Of a stretch of 64,000 nucleotides of DNA, positions 1-10,900 are shown piece by piece (the stretch's first letter is position 1; every line of letters starts with the position of its first letter). Source of the stretch: a bacterium (GTDB lineage Bacteria; Auribacterota; Auribacteria; Auribacterales; Auribacteraceae); NCBI GenBank assembly GCA_018435605.1, contig JAHDNF010000008.1, positions 1,192 through 65,191 on the forward strand, in the 5' to 3' direction. Under the pieces are notes generated by a model. That model was not told the DNA's origin, did not search any database, and saw only the letters and a program-made list of their open reading frames with translations. A program made the position numbers and the translations under genes.

Positions 1-3000
1 GAATGGGATAATGCAACCCAGACTTGGACATATATTATATATGATTATCCCTTGGAAGACGAGAGGTATGGGTATATAGATCATGACAACAATGGTACGG
101 TCAGCGCTGGTGATCAGCTTGAATCGCGTGCGAAGTTTGATGCTAATGAAAACCTTATTTCTAATACGGTTCTGTTTAGAAGTGGTGGCGCGTACTGGAA
201 TCAGGGAGAAATCCGCACGATAACTCACTATAATTATAATGGTACAATCTCGACCAAAATAAACAAGATGCCACAGGAAGGCTCCGCAGATGGCGATTAT
301 ACCACTTATAATTATAATCGGGATGGTAATCTGTATAGAATAGACCATTTTGATATCAGTGAGGGTAAACTGTTCGCTGATTATTTAATGAATGGTTTTG
401 TTACTATGACGGAGATATACGCAATTACAGTTACAGGTACACCTCCGATCAGAGATGGCAACGTGACTATCGGAGCGTTGTTGGAAGTCATATATAAGAA
501 TACTCAGACGCTACCGGACGGCAGGGTTCGTGTAACAGATCCGGATACAGGCCTGATACAGATATACAATTCACAAGGACAACTGGTAGAGTCTACGGAT
601 AACCAGAAAGTTGTGAATATATATTATTATGATAACGAAGGTAATTTTGTACGTGAAGATAACCTTGGTTACAAGATAGTGTGGTATGGTGATCCTTCCG
701 ATCCTAATACCGGTTACACCGTGTATTATAATCAATTGAACTCTATAACTACGTATGAGTTTACCGTACCGCTGGGACGTGGTAACGAATGGAGAATGAT
801 ACAGAACGAGTATTGGGCTGACGGATTGTTGATCCAGCGTGATTTTGAAACGCAGGATATCATATCGATTGTGAAATATGAGCGCGACTCTCAATCCGAT
901 CTGGTTACGGAAACGGTTATTTATCAGCACAGGCTGAAAACTGTTACTGAGATGAACTGGCCTCAGTCCGGTTGGCGCGCGGTACTTATACCGGGTGGAG
1001 CTGAGAATGATAATGACGCTGTGATGATTATCGACAATACAAATAAATTGCGCGGGTATATGGAAATACTCAAGAGTTCGAGTTATAAATCAACCGGCAA
1101 TATTATTCTCAGTGTAGTCTACGATTATGATACCAGCGGCAACCAAATCGGTTATGTCGATGCGAATAAGGATGGAATCTGGCAATCGAGCACTGAGACA
1201 ACAATGTACAGTTATACCGAAAAATGGAGCGTGGATGAAACCAAAGAGGTTACACGTATCTTTAAAGCCGGAGGCGATATTATAGAGATACGCGATGCGA
1301 CATTTAATGGTAAACTGCGTGCCAAAATAGTGCTTAACGGTACAGGATTCTCTTATGATTACAATAATCCTTTACATGTGGCAACCAGCAACTTGTATTT
1401 ATACAATAGCGACGGTTCGTGGGATATTTATGTAGAAAACACCAATAAAAATGGTATTTTCGACAACGACGGTTCGGAAACCGATACCGGTTACGACGGA
1501 GTTCCCAATGAACGAAGTCATAACGGCGCGATGATGCAAGTACTCGATAACGAAGGGAATATCATATCCAACACCTTCGGAAGCGGATACATGGTCGATT
1601 ATATGTATGACAATGAAGGGAACTATTTGGGAACGCGCGAAACAAGGTATTTCGGCAGTACATATTATTACGACAATGAAGGTAATCCGTATCCTGAAGG
1701 AATCATAGATTATCATGGCAACTATATACATATAGACCCGACATCAGGCTCATATATGAAACATTATAAAGAGTTTGAAACCGATGGAAGCTATTCGGGA
1801 ACATATAACCTATATAGCGGCGGATTGCTGGCTACTCAGATAAATAGCCAAGGCCAGATTACTTATAAGAAGTACACATCCGCAGGTACGACTATTGTAT
1901 TGGAAAACAACGGTGGTGTGGTGCATATAGCCAATCCGTCGAATCCTAGCGATATAGACGCACAGATTCTGGCTGGCGGCGAATATAAAGAGTGGCACGA
2001 TACCGGATATCCGTCTTTGATAGCAGGGTATAATTCCGGAGACGGATCGTTGGTTACCCGTCTTAATTCGTCGGGTTATTATCAGAGTCAGACATTCGTT
2101 GACGGCAGTTTCTATGATACCTCAGGTTCCATTGCCACATATCAATATTATGAGATGGATCACAATTATTTCTATGTGCTAGAGGGTTCAACCCAATACG
2201 TATTCTTTACTCAGGAGTACCCGAATATTGTTCAGAACGTAACAGCCGGCGTATCTTTGACTATTCAGAACAACGGTACTACGCCGACGAATGTTGTGGA
2301 CAATTCGAAAGTATACAAATGGACTGAAGACAGCGGTTCTACTACGGTATACAGATTCAACGGAATCAACCGTTATTTCAATAGTTCCGGAGTATTGCAG
2401 AAGACTGTCTGGTCTGATGCGACCGGTACGGTACAGCGTACTTTAAACTATGGTGCTAGTCTTGGCGGAGGCCTGTTTGAAATTAATTCCGTAGTAGACG
2501 GTAACGGATCAAGTTTAACACTCAACAGATCAGGCAGTACGATTACCGGTTTTGATATTACTGTAGGCACTAATACTACTATTGCTATAAATAGCGCCGG
2601 TAAGACTACTTCAGTCAGTACGTTAGGTCATATTCAGACTTACGACAGTAGCGGTAATGTCACATCAATTACAACTGCCGACGGTCTGGTTCAACTCAGT
2701 TCGAACGGTAAGGTCAATTCGGTAACCGATGTTGACGGAACTACTATGACGTATAACAGAGATGGCGGCGGCAACATTGTCAGTGTAATCGTGGAAGACG
2801 CTACACTGGGCATGAGGCGGTTCTATGAGGTCTTTTCGAGTAACCTGCGGTTATCGTCCGTAACGGAAAGTTCCGGAAGATTGAGCGAATATTATTACAA
2901 TACGTCGGGATCGATACGAACCTATTCCGATGCTACTCCGACTTCATATTCGGTAATCGTAACAGACGGCGATACGGTTTATCGATATGGATACAGGCCT

Positions 3001-3264
3001 GACGGCGGAATACCCGGTTTGTATCTGTATAATGTGACACATCCGGATTATATGTTGACTTATACACGTCATTCAACTTATCCGTACTACATACTAAGTC
3101 AACAGCTTGTCATTTACGGACCTGAAATATCTGGAACACAACATAATATAACTCTGGAATTTTTCGGGTCGAGTTGGAAGACCGGAGGAAACTATCTATA
3201 CGGCGATCTGTATTATATTACAGGAACACGTTTCGGTACGGAATACGCTGTTAAGAATCCTTGA
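1..3264 (+). CDS. YD-repeat (Rhs/teneurin-like) protein, 5'-truncated by the window edge
   Basis: The open frame continues upstream of the first ATG to position 1 with no stop. It has many degenerate YD-type repeats (YDNEGN, YDYDTSGNQIGY, TYDSSGNVTSITTADG, TYNRDGGGNIVSV) and is rich in Tyr/Gly/Asn/Thr. A rho-independent terminator follows. Confidence 0.6.
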   Translation, partial: EWDNATQTWTYIIYDYPLEDERYGYIDHDNNGTVSAGDQLESRAKFDANENLISNTVLFRSGGAYWNQGEIRTITHYNYNGTISTKINKMPQEGSADGDYTTYNYNRDGNLYRIDHFDISEGKLFADYLMNGFVTMTEIYAITVTGTPPIRDGNVTIGALLEVIYKNTQTLPDGRVRVTDPDTGLIQIYNSQGQLVESTDNQKVVNIYYYDNEGNFVREDNLGYKIVWYGDPSDPNTGYTVYYNQLNSITTYEFTVPLGRGNEWRMIQNEYWADGLLIQRDFETQDIISIVKYERDSQSDLVTETVIYQHRLKTVTEMNWPQSGWRAVLIPGGAENDNDAVMIIDNTNKLRGYMEILKSSSYKSTGNIILSVVYDYDTSGNQIGYVDANKDGIWQSSTETTMYSYTEKWSVDETKEVTRIFKAGGDIIEIRDATFNGKLRAKIVLNGTGFSYDYNNPLHVATSNLYLYNSDGSWDIYVENTNKNGIFDNDGSETDTGYDGVPNERSHNGAMMQVLDNEGNIISNTFGSGYMVDYMYDNEGNYLGTRETRYFGSTYYYDNEGNPYPEGIIDYHGNYIHIDPTSGSYMKHYKEFETDGSYSGTYNLYSGGLLATQINSQGQITYKKYTSAGTTIVLENNGGVVHIANPSNPSDIDAQILAGGEYKEWHDTGYPSLIAGYNSGDGSLVTRLNSSGYYQSQTFVDGSFYDTSGSIATYQYYEMDHNYFYVLEGSTQYVFFTQEYPNIVQNVTAGVSLTIQNNGTTPTNVVDNSKVYKWTEDSGSTTVYRFNGINRYFNSSGVLQKTVWSDATGTVQRTLNYGASLGGGLFEINSVVDGNGSSLTLNRSGSTITGFDITVGTNTTIAINSAGKTTSVSTLGHIQTYDSSGNVTSITTADGLVQLSSNGKVNSVTDVDGTTMTYNRDGGGNIVSVIVEDATLGMRRFYEVFSSNLRLSSVTESSGRLSEYYYNTSGSIRTYSDATPTSYSVIVTDGDTVYRYGYRPDGGIPGLYLYNVTHPDYMLTYTRHSTYPYYILSQQLVIYGPEISGTQHNITLEFFGSSWKTGGNYLYGDLYYITGTRFGTEYAVKNP

Positions 3265-3295
3265 TTTGATGTAAAGTAGACCGATCTTAAAACGG

Positions 3296-3337
3296 AAAAG
3301 CCGGCTTATGAGTCTATCATAAGCCGGCTTTTATTAT
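3296..3337. terminator. bidirectional rho-independent terminator between convergent genes
   Basis: aaaagccggcttatga-gtcta-tcataagccggctttt: perfect 13-bp GC-rich stem with T-run on the + strand and A-run on the - strand. Confidence 0.8.
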
Positions 3338-3439
3338 AAGGTTGAATACAAAGTTATAGCTAAAAATCCATCGTCATTCATGCGATCTTAAAGCGAACGA
3401 AATATCATTCAAAAATCATAAGACCGCTGTATATTAAAT

Positions 3440-4357
3440 TTAGAAAAACTCTTCAGGCAGAGATAAATCTTTTTTGCCGGTGAGCCAAGTATATGCTTCT
3501 AGGTACTTTTCCGCTGTTTTTCTTATAATGTTAACCGGTAATTTCGGAACAGGCGGGTTTTTATCCCAGTCTATCAGTTCCAGATAATCTCTTACAAATT
3601 GTTTGTCAAAACTTACCGGATTATTGCCTACGGTATAGTGTTCTACCGGCCAGAATCGCGATGAGTCGGGTGTAAGCACCTCGTCTATTAAGATTATTTT
3701 ATCGTCAATGACACCGAATTCGAACTTTGTGTCGGCGATGATAATGCCTTTAGTAAGAGCGTATTTTTGAGCTTTGGAATATATTTGTATACTTACATCT
3801 TGCAGGTATGCGAGGTTATCTTGCCCGATAATATCCGCGGCTTGTTTTGCTGTAATATTTTCATCATGGCCTTCTTCGGCTTTTGTAGCTGGCGTAAATA
3901 TGGGTTCCGGTAGTTTCGAGCCGTTATCCATTCCCGGGGGCAGTTTGATACCGCATACTGAATTGTTTTTTTTATATTCTTTATATCCTGATCCTGCCAG
4001 ATATCCCCGTACAACGCATTCAATTGGGAATACGCTTGCTTTTTTTACGAGTATGCTTCGTCCTTGGAGCATATTTTTAAATGTGTGCATTGCTTGAGGG
4101 AAGGAGTGGACATCTGTTGAAATTATATGGTTCGGAATAATATCCCGTACGAAATCGAACCAGAAATTGGATATTTGAGTTAAAATAACGCCTTTAAACG
4201 GTATAGGGTTTGGCAGAATATAATCAAAAGCCGATATTCGGTCGGTAGCTACCAGAATAAGATTATCGCCTGCTTTATAAATATCACGTACTTTGCCTTT
4301 TTTTACAAGCGGGCACTCTTTGACAGAGATTTCGTTATAAAGCATAGTTTTGAGCAT
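3440..4357 (-). CDS. purC: phosphoribosylaminoimidazole-succinocarboxamide synthase (SAICAR synthetase)
   Basis: Carries the PurC family motif (...GKVRDIY...LILVATDRISAFD...) and has the typical length of about 300 aa. Confidence 0.85.
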   Translation of the reverse strand: MLKTMLYNEISVKECPLVKKGKVRDIYKAGDNLILVATDRISAFDYILPNPIPFKGVILTQISNFWFDFVRDIIPNHIISTDVHSFPQAMHTFKNMLQGRSILVKKASVFPIECVVRGYLAGSGYKEYKKNNSVCGIKLPPGMDNGSKLPEPIFTPATKAEEGHDENITAKQAADIIGQDNLAYLQDVSIQIYSKAQKYALTKGIIIADTKFEFGVIDDKIILIDEVLTPDSSRFWPVEHYTVGNNPVSFDKQFVRDYLELIDWDKNPPVPKLPVNIIRKTAEKYLEAYTWLTGKKDLSLPEEFF

Positions 4358-4786
4358 GGCTCCTCCATGGTTACGGTTTTGGGCTTTTAGTTGCTATAGT
4401 ACACCTTGGTTACTAGTATCTAATCTCAAATATAAATCGGTATGTTGGATATTACATCTGCATGATATATTATTGAGGCTTTATATGCCAAGTATAATTT
4501 TGGGGTGCATAAATATATTGAAAAAATGATTTATAAGAGATATAGTTTAAAAAACATTTCATAAACTGCATTTGAAATATTAAGTAATTTTTTATTAAAA
4601 ATTGCCGTAAATCATTGTAAATTAACTTTGGTTTGAAAGATCCTATCCCATGGAATATGCGTTCCGTAAGGCCTTGAATTGCATCCTAATTTATCAAATA
4701 TTTGACGAAAAATATTGCTTGTGATAGTGTTATCGAAATGAAATATTATAGGTAATCTGAATCATGAACCGATCTGAGGAGGAAAC

Positions 4787-7783
4787 ATGAGTAAAGAATC
4801 TCTGAAACCTGTTGTGAAACGCATTACCGGGATAGCGTGCCTGTTATTATTATTTGTTATTACCGGTGTTTTTGTCGGTTGCGGAAGTCCTGAGTCAAAA
4901 CAGCAGAAATATATTAAAAAAGCTTTGATTTACGCAAATTTGGGTAAGTTTGAAAAGTCACAGAATGTGATGAAAGCGGCTCTTGAAAAATATCCGGATT
5001 CAGTCGAATTACATTTTAATTACGGAAATATTCTTGCGCGGCAGAAAAAGTTTGAGGCGGCTATTGAGCAGTTCAATACTACTCTTAAACTCGATCCGAA
5101 CCATTATCAGACATACTTGCAGTTGGCGCGTGTGTATGCTGATCAGGAAACTTATGACAAAGCGTTGGAATATGCTGATAAGTCGCTGGCTATAAAAAAT
5201 GATTATGCCGTTGCTTTTGAGTTTCGTGGAGCTGTTCACGAACGGCTGGGTCAAAATGAAGAGGCGCTTAAAGACTATGATAAGTATATCGCACTGAACC
5301 CAAGCAAGCCGGAAGGTTACTTAAGGAAGGCAAGCTTGTTTCTGATAATGAATGATCAAGAGAAAGCAAAAGAACAATGCCTGAAAATTACGAACGATAT
5401 AGAAAAAAGCAATGTACAGGCGATTTTAATTTTGAGTCTGATTTATGACATGGAAGGTAAGATAAATGAAGCTGTGGCGCTTATAGAAGGCGGACTGGCC
5501 GATAAACCGAATTCACTGCAGTTTTTAAATAGGTTAAGTGAATTGTATTTAAAGCAAGGCGATTATGAAAAAGCGATGTCTACTGCTCAAAAAGCGTTAG
5601 CTATTAATTCCAAGGCGGCTGGCGCACGCTATGTTAAAGGATCGGTACATTTTATTCGTCAGGAGTATGAAAAGGCGGCTATAGAATTTGAGAATTTCTT
5701 TGATCCGCCTCCTATTTACGGTGATTTGTTTTACAAACTCGGATTGTGTTATCTTGAAATGGATAAACCCCAGCAGGGTATAAATGAGCTTAAAAAAATG
5801 ATTGAGCGTTCTCCAAACTTTGTGCCTGCTTATTTCACGCTTGCATTTGCGTATTTGCGTGAAGGATGGGCGGACGATGCCATAAAGTTGTGTAAACAGG
5901 GATTGGAGTTGAGTCCGAATAATATAAAAGGGGTAGAGATTCTTGCAAAGGCAAGCATAGCCCAAAAAAACTTTAAGGAAGCGGAAAAATATTTTGATCA
6001 GCTGGTTCAACATCGTCCTGACAATGTCGCTGATATATTAAGTCTGGCATCGCTGAAAATCAACAAGGGCGATATAGATGTTGCGTACGATTTGTGCAAT
6101 CGTGTTCTTGAAATCAACGAGAAAAACGTGAATGCACACAGCCTCAAGGGATTTTGTTATTTACGTCAAGGTAAGATCGACGATGCAATCACTGAATTTA
6201 GAAAAGTGATTGAAATTGATCCTCTAAACATTGGCGGCCATTTGAATCTTGCCAAGATATATTCTTCTGTACAACGGTTTAATGAAGCGGAAGAAGAACT
6301 GCTGAATCTTATCGAACTGAAACCTGATTTCACTGAGGTATTTGCGGAACTGGGAAACCTTTATTTTGTTCAGGGCAAATATGACAAGTCAATAGAGTAT
6401 TACACCCGGATTTTGCAGAATAATCCTCAAGATTTAAAGACAAATATTGCTTTGGCAGGGGCATATTACGCTAAAGATGAATTTAATAAAGCGTTAGCTA
6501 TTTTAGAGCCGTTTCAGAGGAATCCCAAGTTTGATGACAATGTACAGTTACGTTCGTTTCTGGCGACATTGTATTACAAGTTAAATGATCCGGAAAAGGC
6601 GGAACGCGAGTATAAAAAAGTTCTTGCTGTCAACCCTCGTTTTCGTCCTGCTTATGATCTGGGACTCATTTATACGGATCAGGGTAAAACTGAAGAGTCT
6701 ATAGAGATTTACAAACAGGCTTTGAAAATTGATCCGAATTTGACGGATATGATGTTGTATCTAGCTATAGCTCAACAACACACAGGCGATTATGATAAAG
6801 CTGAAGAGACTTTGTCTAGGCTGATAAATATCGAACCGCAGAACTATTCTTTATATTTCATACATATAAATATTCTTGCCGCCAAGGGCGATACAGTAAA
6901 AGCTAAAGAAATACTCGATAAAATTCCCGAGTTGTCAGATGAAATCAGAAATGCATATAACGATGTCATCAAACTAAATCAGACCGATCCTATGCTCGGA
7001 AAAAAATTGACTTATATGCTAAACCAGATGAAGGTATACCGTACTCGCGGATGGACAGATCAGGCTGTCAGCATGGCAAACGAAGCTATTGATATTGTCC
7101 CCGCCAATATACTTCCTATGGCGTTTCTTGTTGAGGTCTATATGGCCGATGGGGATTTGCCGAAAGCACAAGAGATACTCGACAAGATGCTTGTAGTCAA
7201 TGAAAACTCCATTGTTGCCAATTTGCGATATTCACGTTTGCAGGCGATGAGGGGGGATATTAAGAAATCGATCGAATATATGGAGAAGGTCAACACTATT
7301 ACTCCCGATCAATCTTTTCTGCTACTTGATTTGGGTGTGTTGTATGAGCGGGATAATCAGATTGACAAAGCTGTCGAGTTGTATAACAAAGTAATCGAGC
7401 TACAGCCTAACTCTTTCCGCGCAATGAATAATTTGGCTTGGTTATTGACTGAACATAAGAAGGATTATGCAACGGCATTAAACTATGCGGAACAAGCGGC
7501 TGAGCTGGCTCCAAAGAATGGCGCTGTACTCGATACTTACGGATGGATTCTATACATGAAAGGTGATTACGAGAAAGCTATAAGTGTGCTTGAAAGAGCG
7601 GCCGCATATCTGCCCAGTAATCCGACGGTAGCCTATCATCTTGGCAAAGCATTCATTGCTGTAAACAACGAAGAAAAAGCGTTGTTTTCGCTTGAAAAAG
7701 CCATTGATATCAACATCGATTTTCCAGAAAAGGAAGAAACTCTAAAGTTGCTCGAGCAGTTGAAGATGACTCTATCTAAATAA
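4787..7783 (+). CDS. large TPR-repeat lipoprotein
   Basis: GAGGAGG Shine-Dalgarno before the ATG. Signal peptide with lipobox (LLLLFVITGVFVGC|G). More than 20 TPR-like 34-aa repeats (…AxxxYxxAL…P.N…) across 998 aa. Confidence 0.75.
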   Translation: MSKESLKPVVKRITGIACLLLLFVITGVFVGCGSPESKQQKYIKKALIYANLGKFEKSQNVMKAALEKYPDSVELHFNYGNILARQKKFEAAIEQFNTTLKLDPNHYQTYLQLARVYADQETYDKALEYADKSLAIKNDYAVAFEFRGAVHERLGQNEEALKDYDKYIALNPSKPEGYLRKASLFLIMNDQEKAKEQCLKITNDIEKSNVQAILILSLIYDMEGKINEAVALIEGGLADKPNSLQFLNRLSELYLKQGDYEKAMSTAQKALAINSKAAGARYVKGSVHFIRQEYEKAAIEFENFFDPPPIYGDLFYKLGLCYLEMDKPQQGINELKKMIERSPNFVPAYFTLAFAYLREGWADDAIKLCKQGLELSPNNIKGVEILAKASIAQKNFKEAEKYFDQLVQHRPDNVADILSLASLKINKGDIDVAYDLCNRVLEINEKNVNAHSLKGFCYLRQGKIDDAITEFRKVIEIDPLNIGGHLNLAKIYSSVQRFNEAEEELLNLIELKPDFTEVFAELGNLYFVQGKYDKSIEYYTRILQNNPQDLKTNIALAGAYYAKDEFNKALAILEPFQRNPKFDDNVQLRSFLATLYYKLNDPEKAEREYKKVLAVNPRFRPAYDLGLIYTDQGKTEESIEIYKQALKIDPNLTDMMLYLAIAQQHTGDYDKAEETLSRLINIEPQNYSLYFIHINILAAKGDTVKAKEILDKIPELSDEIRNAYNDVIKLNQTDPMLGKKLTYMLNQMKVYRTRGWTDQAVSMANEAIDIVPANILPMAFLVEVYMADGDLPKAQEILDKMLVVNENSIVANLRYSRLQAMRGDIKKSIEYMEKVNTITPDQSFLLLDLGVLYERDNQIDKAVELYNKVIELQPNSFRAMNNLAWLLTEHKKDYATALNYAEQAAELAPKNGAVLDTYGWILYMKGDYEKAISVLERAAAYLPSNPTVAYHLGKAFIAVNNEEKALFSLEKAIDINIDFPEKEETLKLLEQLKMTLSK

Positions 7784-7802
7784 TATAGTTTTTTGTGAAT
7801 CA

Positions 7803-7841
7803 CAAGCCGGACGGATCTTTTATCTGTCCGGCTTTTTTTTA
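7803..7841. terminator. bidirectional rho-independent terminator
   Basis: aagccggacggatc-ttttatc-tgtccggc followed by tttttttt; sits between convergent genes. Confidence 0.75.
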
Positions 7842-7984
7842 TATCAAACCGCCGTATTATGTCTTGATCAAATTAAACGGTTTTTCAAAATTTGGCCTTC
7901 CATTACCGATAAGAATCTATATTATTCAGTATACCTATAATTATCTTTTCCTGATTAGCTAGGTAATTGATATAAAATATTTAC

Positions 7985-10900
7985 TTATAAACTTGCGGCA
8001 AAGGCAGAACGTGCTTTGTTAATAATTTGTAAGCGATGTAGATGAGGTGCAAGTTGTTGGGGAGTGATCCCGGGAGCGACATATTCGAACTGAACATTAT
8101 AATCATTCATAAAGGAAGCGATTAGAGAATTTTCAATTTCAACCATTTCATCAAGCAAAATACGTTGCGAAGTATATTCGTAACCTGTAGTAGACATAAT
8201 ACGCACTACATGTGCCTGAAAGCGTATTAATTTCGCTAGGTTATCTATGGAAGCTCCTTTAACAACAGCTAAATATGCTCTATAAAACGCTTCGCTGGAT
8301 AAAAATAAGTTCGCACCGTAACCGCGTTTGATATTTTCACCTTCAATTTCCAGATGATCATTGAATCGCAGTAAGAACGGTACAGGTGAGTCCATAGTCC
8401 ATCCTTTGCTGGATATGAGCCATATGCCGACATAATTGAGGTCATCGATAGCATTGACATCTCTGGAATCCTTTTTGAAGTAGTCATATATCTTTTCTAC
8501 CATATCGTGACCCCAGTTGAAATCTTCTATATGATTTATATAAAAATTTGTGTCATCCGGGTCGAGGGCGCGCTGTATTACTTTTAAATTGTGTACACTG
8601 TATTCTGTTTTAAGATGTTCCATAATTTTACCGCCCAGATTTTCAAGTGTTAAAATGATTTGATACGCCCTATTGTCAGATTGTACATGCGGTATAGAAG
8701 ATAGTTGTCTCGGAGTAGTTGGCGGCTGTTCCTGATCGGCCAGAACTATTTTTTCCGCGAGATCGGGGTATAGTTTGGTCAATGAAGTATGTTGAGTCTT
8801 ATTCCAGATAAGAACTTTTTCCGATTTTGCGATATACGCCTTTATGTTTGGATCGGATAGCATTTCATTAGAAGTAGGTAATTTATCGTCCGGCATAATG
8901 ACAACTATGTATGTTTTGGACGGCGGTCTTGGGAATGAATGGATGCCAAAGTAAACGGATATGTCGATATCCGGCGACCATGGTGTGGTTGGAAATTTAA
9001 AGTCTATACTCCGAGATTGCAGTTCAGCACGGGCGGACTGAGTATCCAAGTCGAAGAAATAATCCAATCCGAAAATACCCCATCTAGCAAACGATTTAAT
9101 CAGAGGCTCCAAACTTTTAGGAGCCGGTTTATCAGAATTTACGCTTGTGGTTACTTCTTTATTAACTGAGGCGTGTAAATCATATTTACGTTGTACGTAG
9201 TAAAGTTTTTGCATTTGCGTAGTTTGACCTGATTTCTTAGTCATAACATAATCCAGCATGGTGGTATACGCTTTTTGCGCCGCCTCGAAATCGTTTTGGA
9301 GCGGCGGGGATGTAAGAAAATTCAAGTATGTTTCTACCCCTGCTCGGTCGGCAACCATGTTTACAAATGAATATTTGGTGGATTTTGTGTTTTGCCGAGT
9401 AAAGAGATTGATAGTTAAGTCTTTTACGAGGAATTCGTTATATCCAAGATAATGATATTCTGTCAGCCGTACTCCGGGCACTCCTCTTGCAAGCGGCATA
9501 TCTAATGCGCCAGAATTGGTTCCTGTGGCGAATGTACCGCGTCCAAGGATTGCGGCTTGCTCTGGTAATGTGAATGTTCTTTGAAATTTGTTGTGACGAA
9601 GTTGCCATGCGTTGGTGAAGTCAATCAAATCAGGGTCGTTATCGATCATAATTTGTAATTCTCTGGCTATTTTTACTAGATCGAAAGTCAAAGATTTTAT
9701 ACGATCAATATACGATGTTTTAGCCGGAATTCGTTCGATGCGAGCGAGTTCATCAAGCAATTGGTCTATGAAAGTTTGCGGCGAATTGCCGAAAAAGATT
9801 ATTTTAGGTGATTTTCCTGTTTTCTGGAATGTAAGAGTTTTTAAGAGATTGATAAAACGGATTGTATCATAAAGATTGCTGTTGCGAACCGCTTCTGTAA
9901 GTTGCATATCGAGACGTAAACTAAACGGAATAATGATATCTTCATCTGTGTTTATATCAAGTGATTGGTAAAATTCATCTGCCAGCCTTTCGTCAGTGTC
10001 GGAGACTGGAAAATCCACAGGTTGTTTCATATCAAAAAAAGATGAAGCGTAGACGTTAGTTGCTTCATTTGGTAATTCGGGATGATGTTTAGAAAAGTCG
10101 TAGCCCGCTACAAACAGTTCCAGAGGATATGATTTCAAGATATTTTTATCGTTATCTATAATGTTTTGAATAACCAATTCCCACAAGACGCGCGGAGGGT
10201 CTTTTTGGCGGAAATGGCTCATGATGTTCATCTGGTCATGTACCAAAGGGTTGATCGGATCAATCCAAATAACCTCGTCGATGACTCCTTCAAGTTGTTG
10301 CATAACAAAATTTCTATTGGTCGGTATATCGAATAAGACAATAGATAGATACTCATCAGGATTTTTTTTACGGATTCCACGGATGGCGTGCATCCAGCGA
10401 ATGGAAGAACCCACTCCATCCGCAAAAAATGGAAGAATCGCTATATTTTTGCGAGGTCGGTCGTTTAGCGATTCGAACCTATAGCAAGACTGCATTTTTG
10501 ATTTGGTTATGGAAACTATATTATCAGGGGCATTGATATCTTCAACTATGATATGACTGTTTGTTTCTGTAATAAAAAACCTTGCCTCAGCGTTTGACAC
10601 TGTTCTGCGAAAGAAAAATTCTCTGTGTTTTATGTCAAGAGTATGCGCGGCCAATCCCTTCCAAAACAGGTTTATATATCGTAAGTCATTACCGCTTGGT
10701 TCTGAATATGATACATTGTTGTCAAGCGCGTCGCGTTTAAGCAGTCTTCTAAATCGTTTAAGATTTTCCTCTGACATGGATGCGTATTCAACGGTATTCA
10801 ATCCGTAATATGATGTTGATGCGTAAGGAGGCCGGATACTTTGTTTCGAAATATCTTCAGGTATAAAAGCCAGCAGGTCTGGAGGGGAATCAAGTATAAT

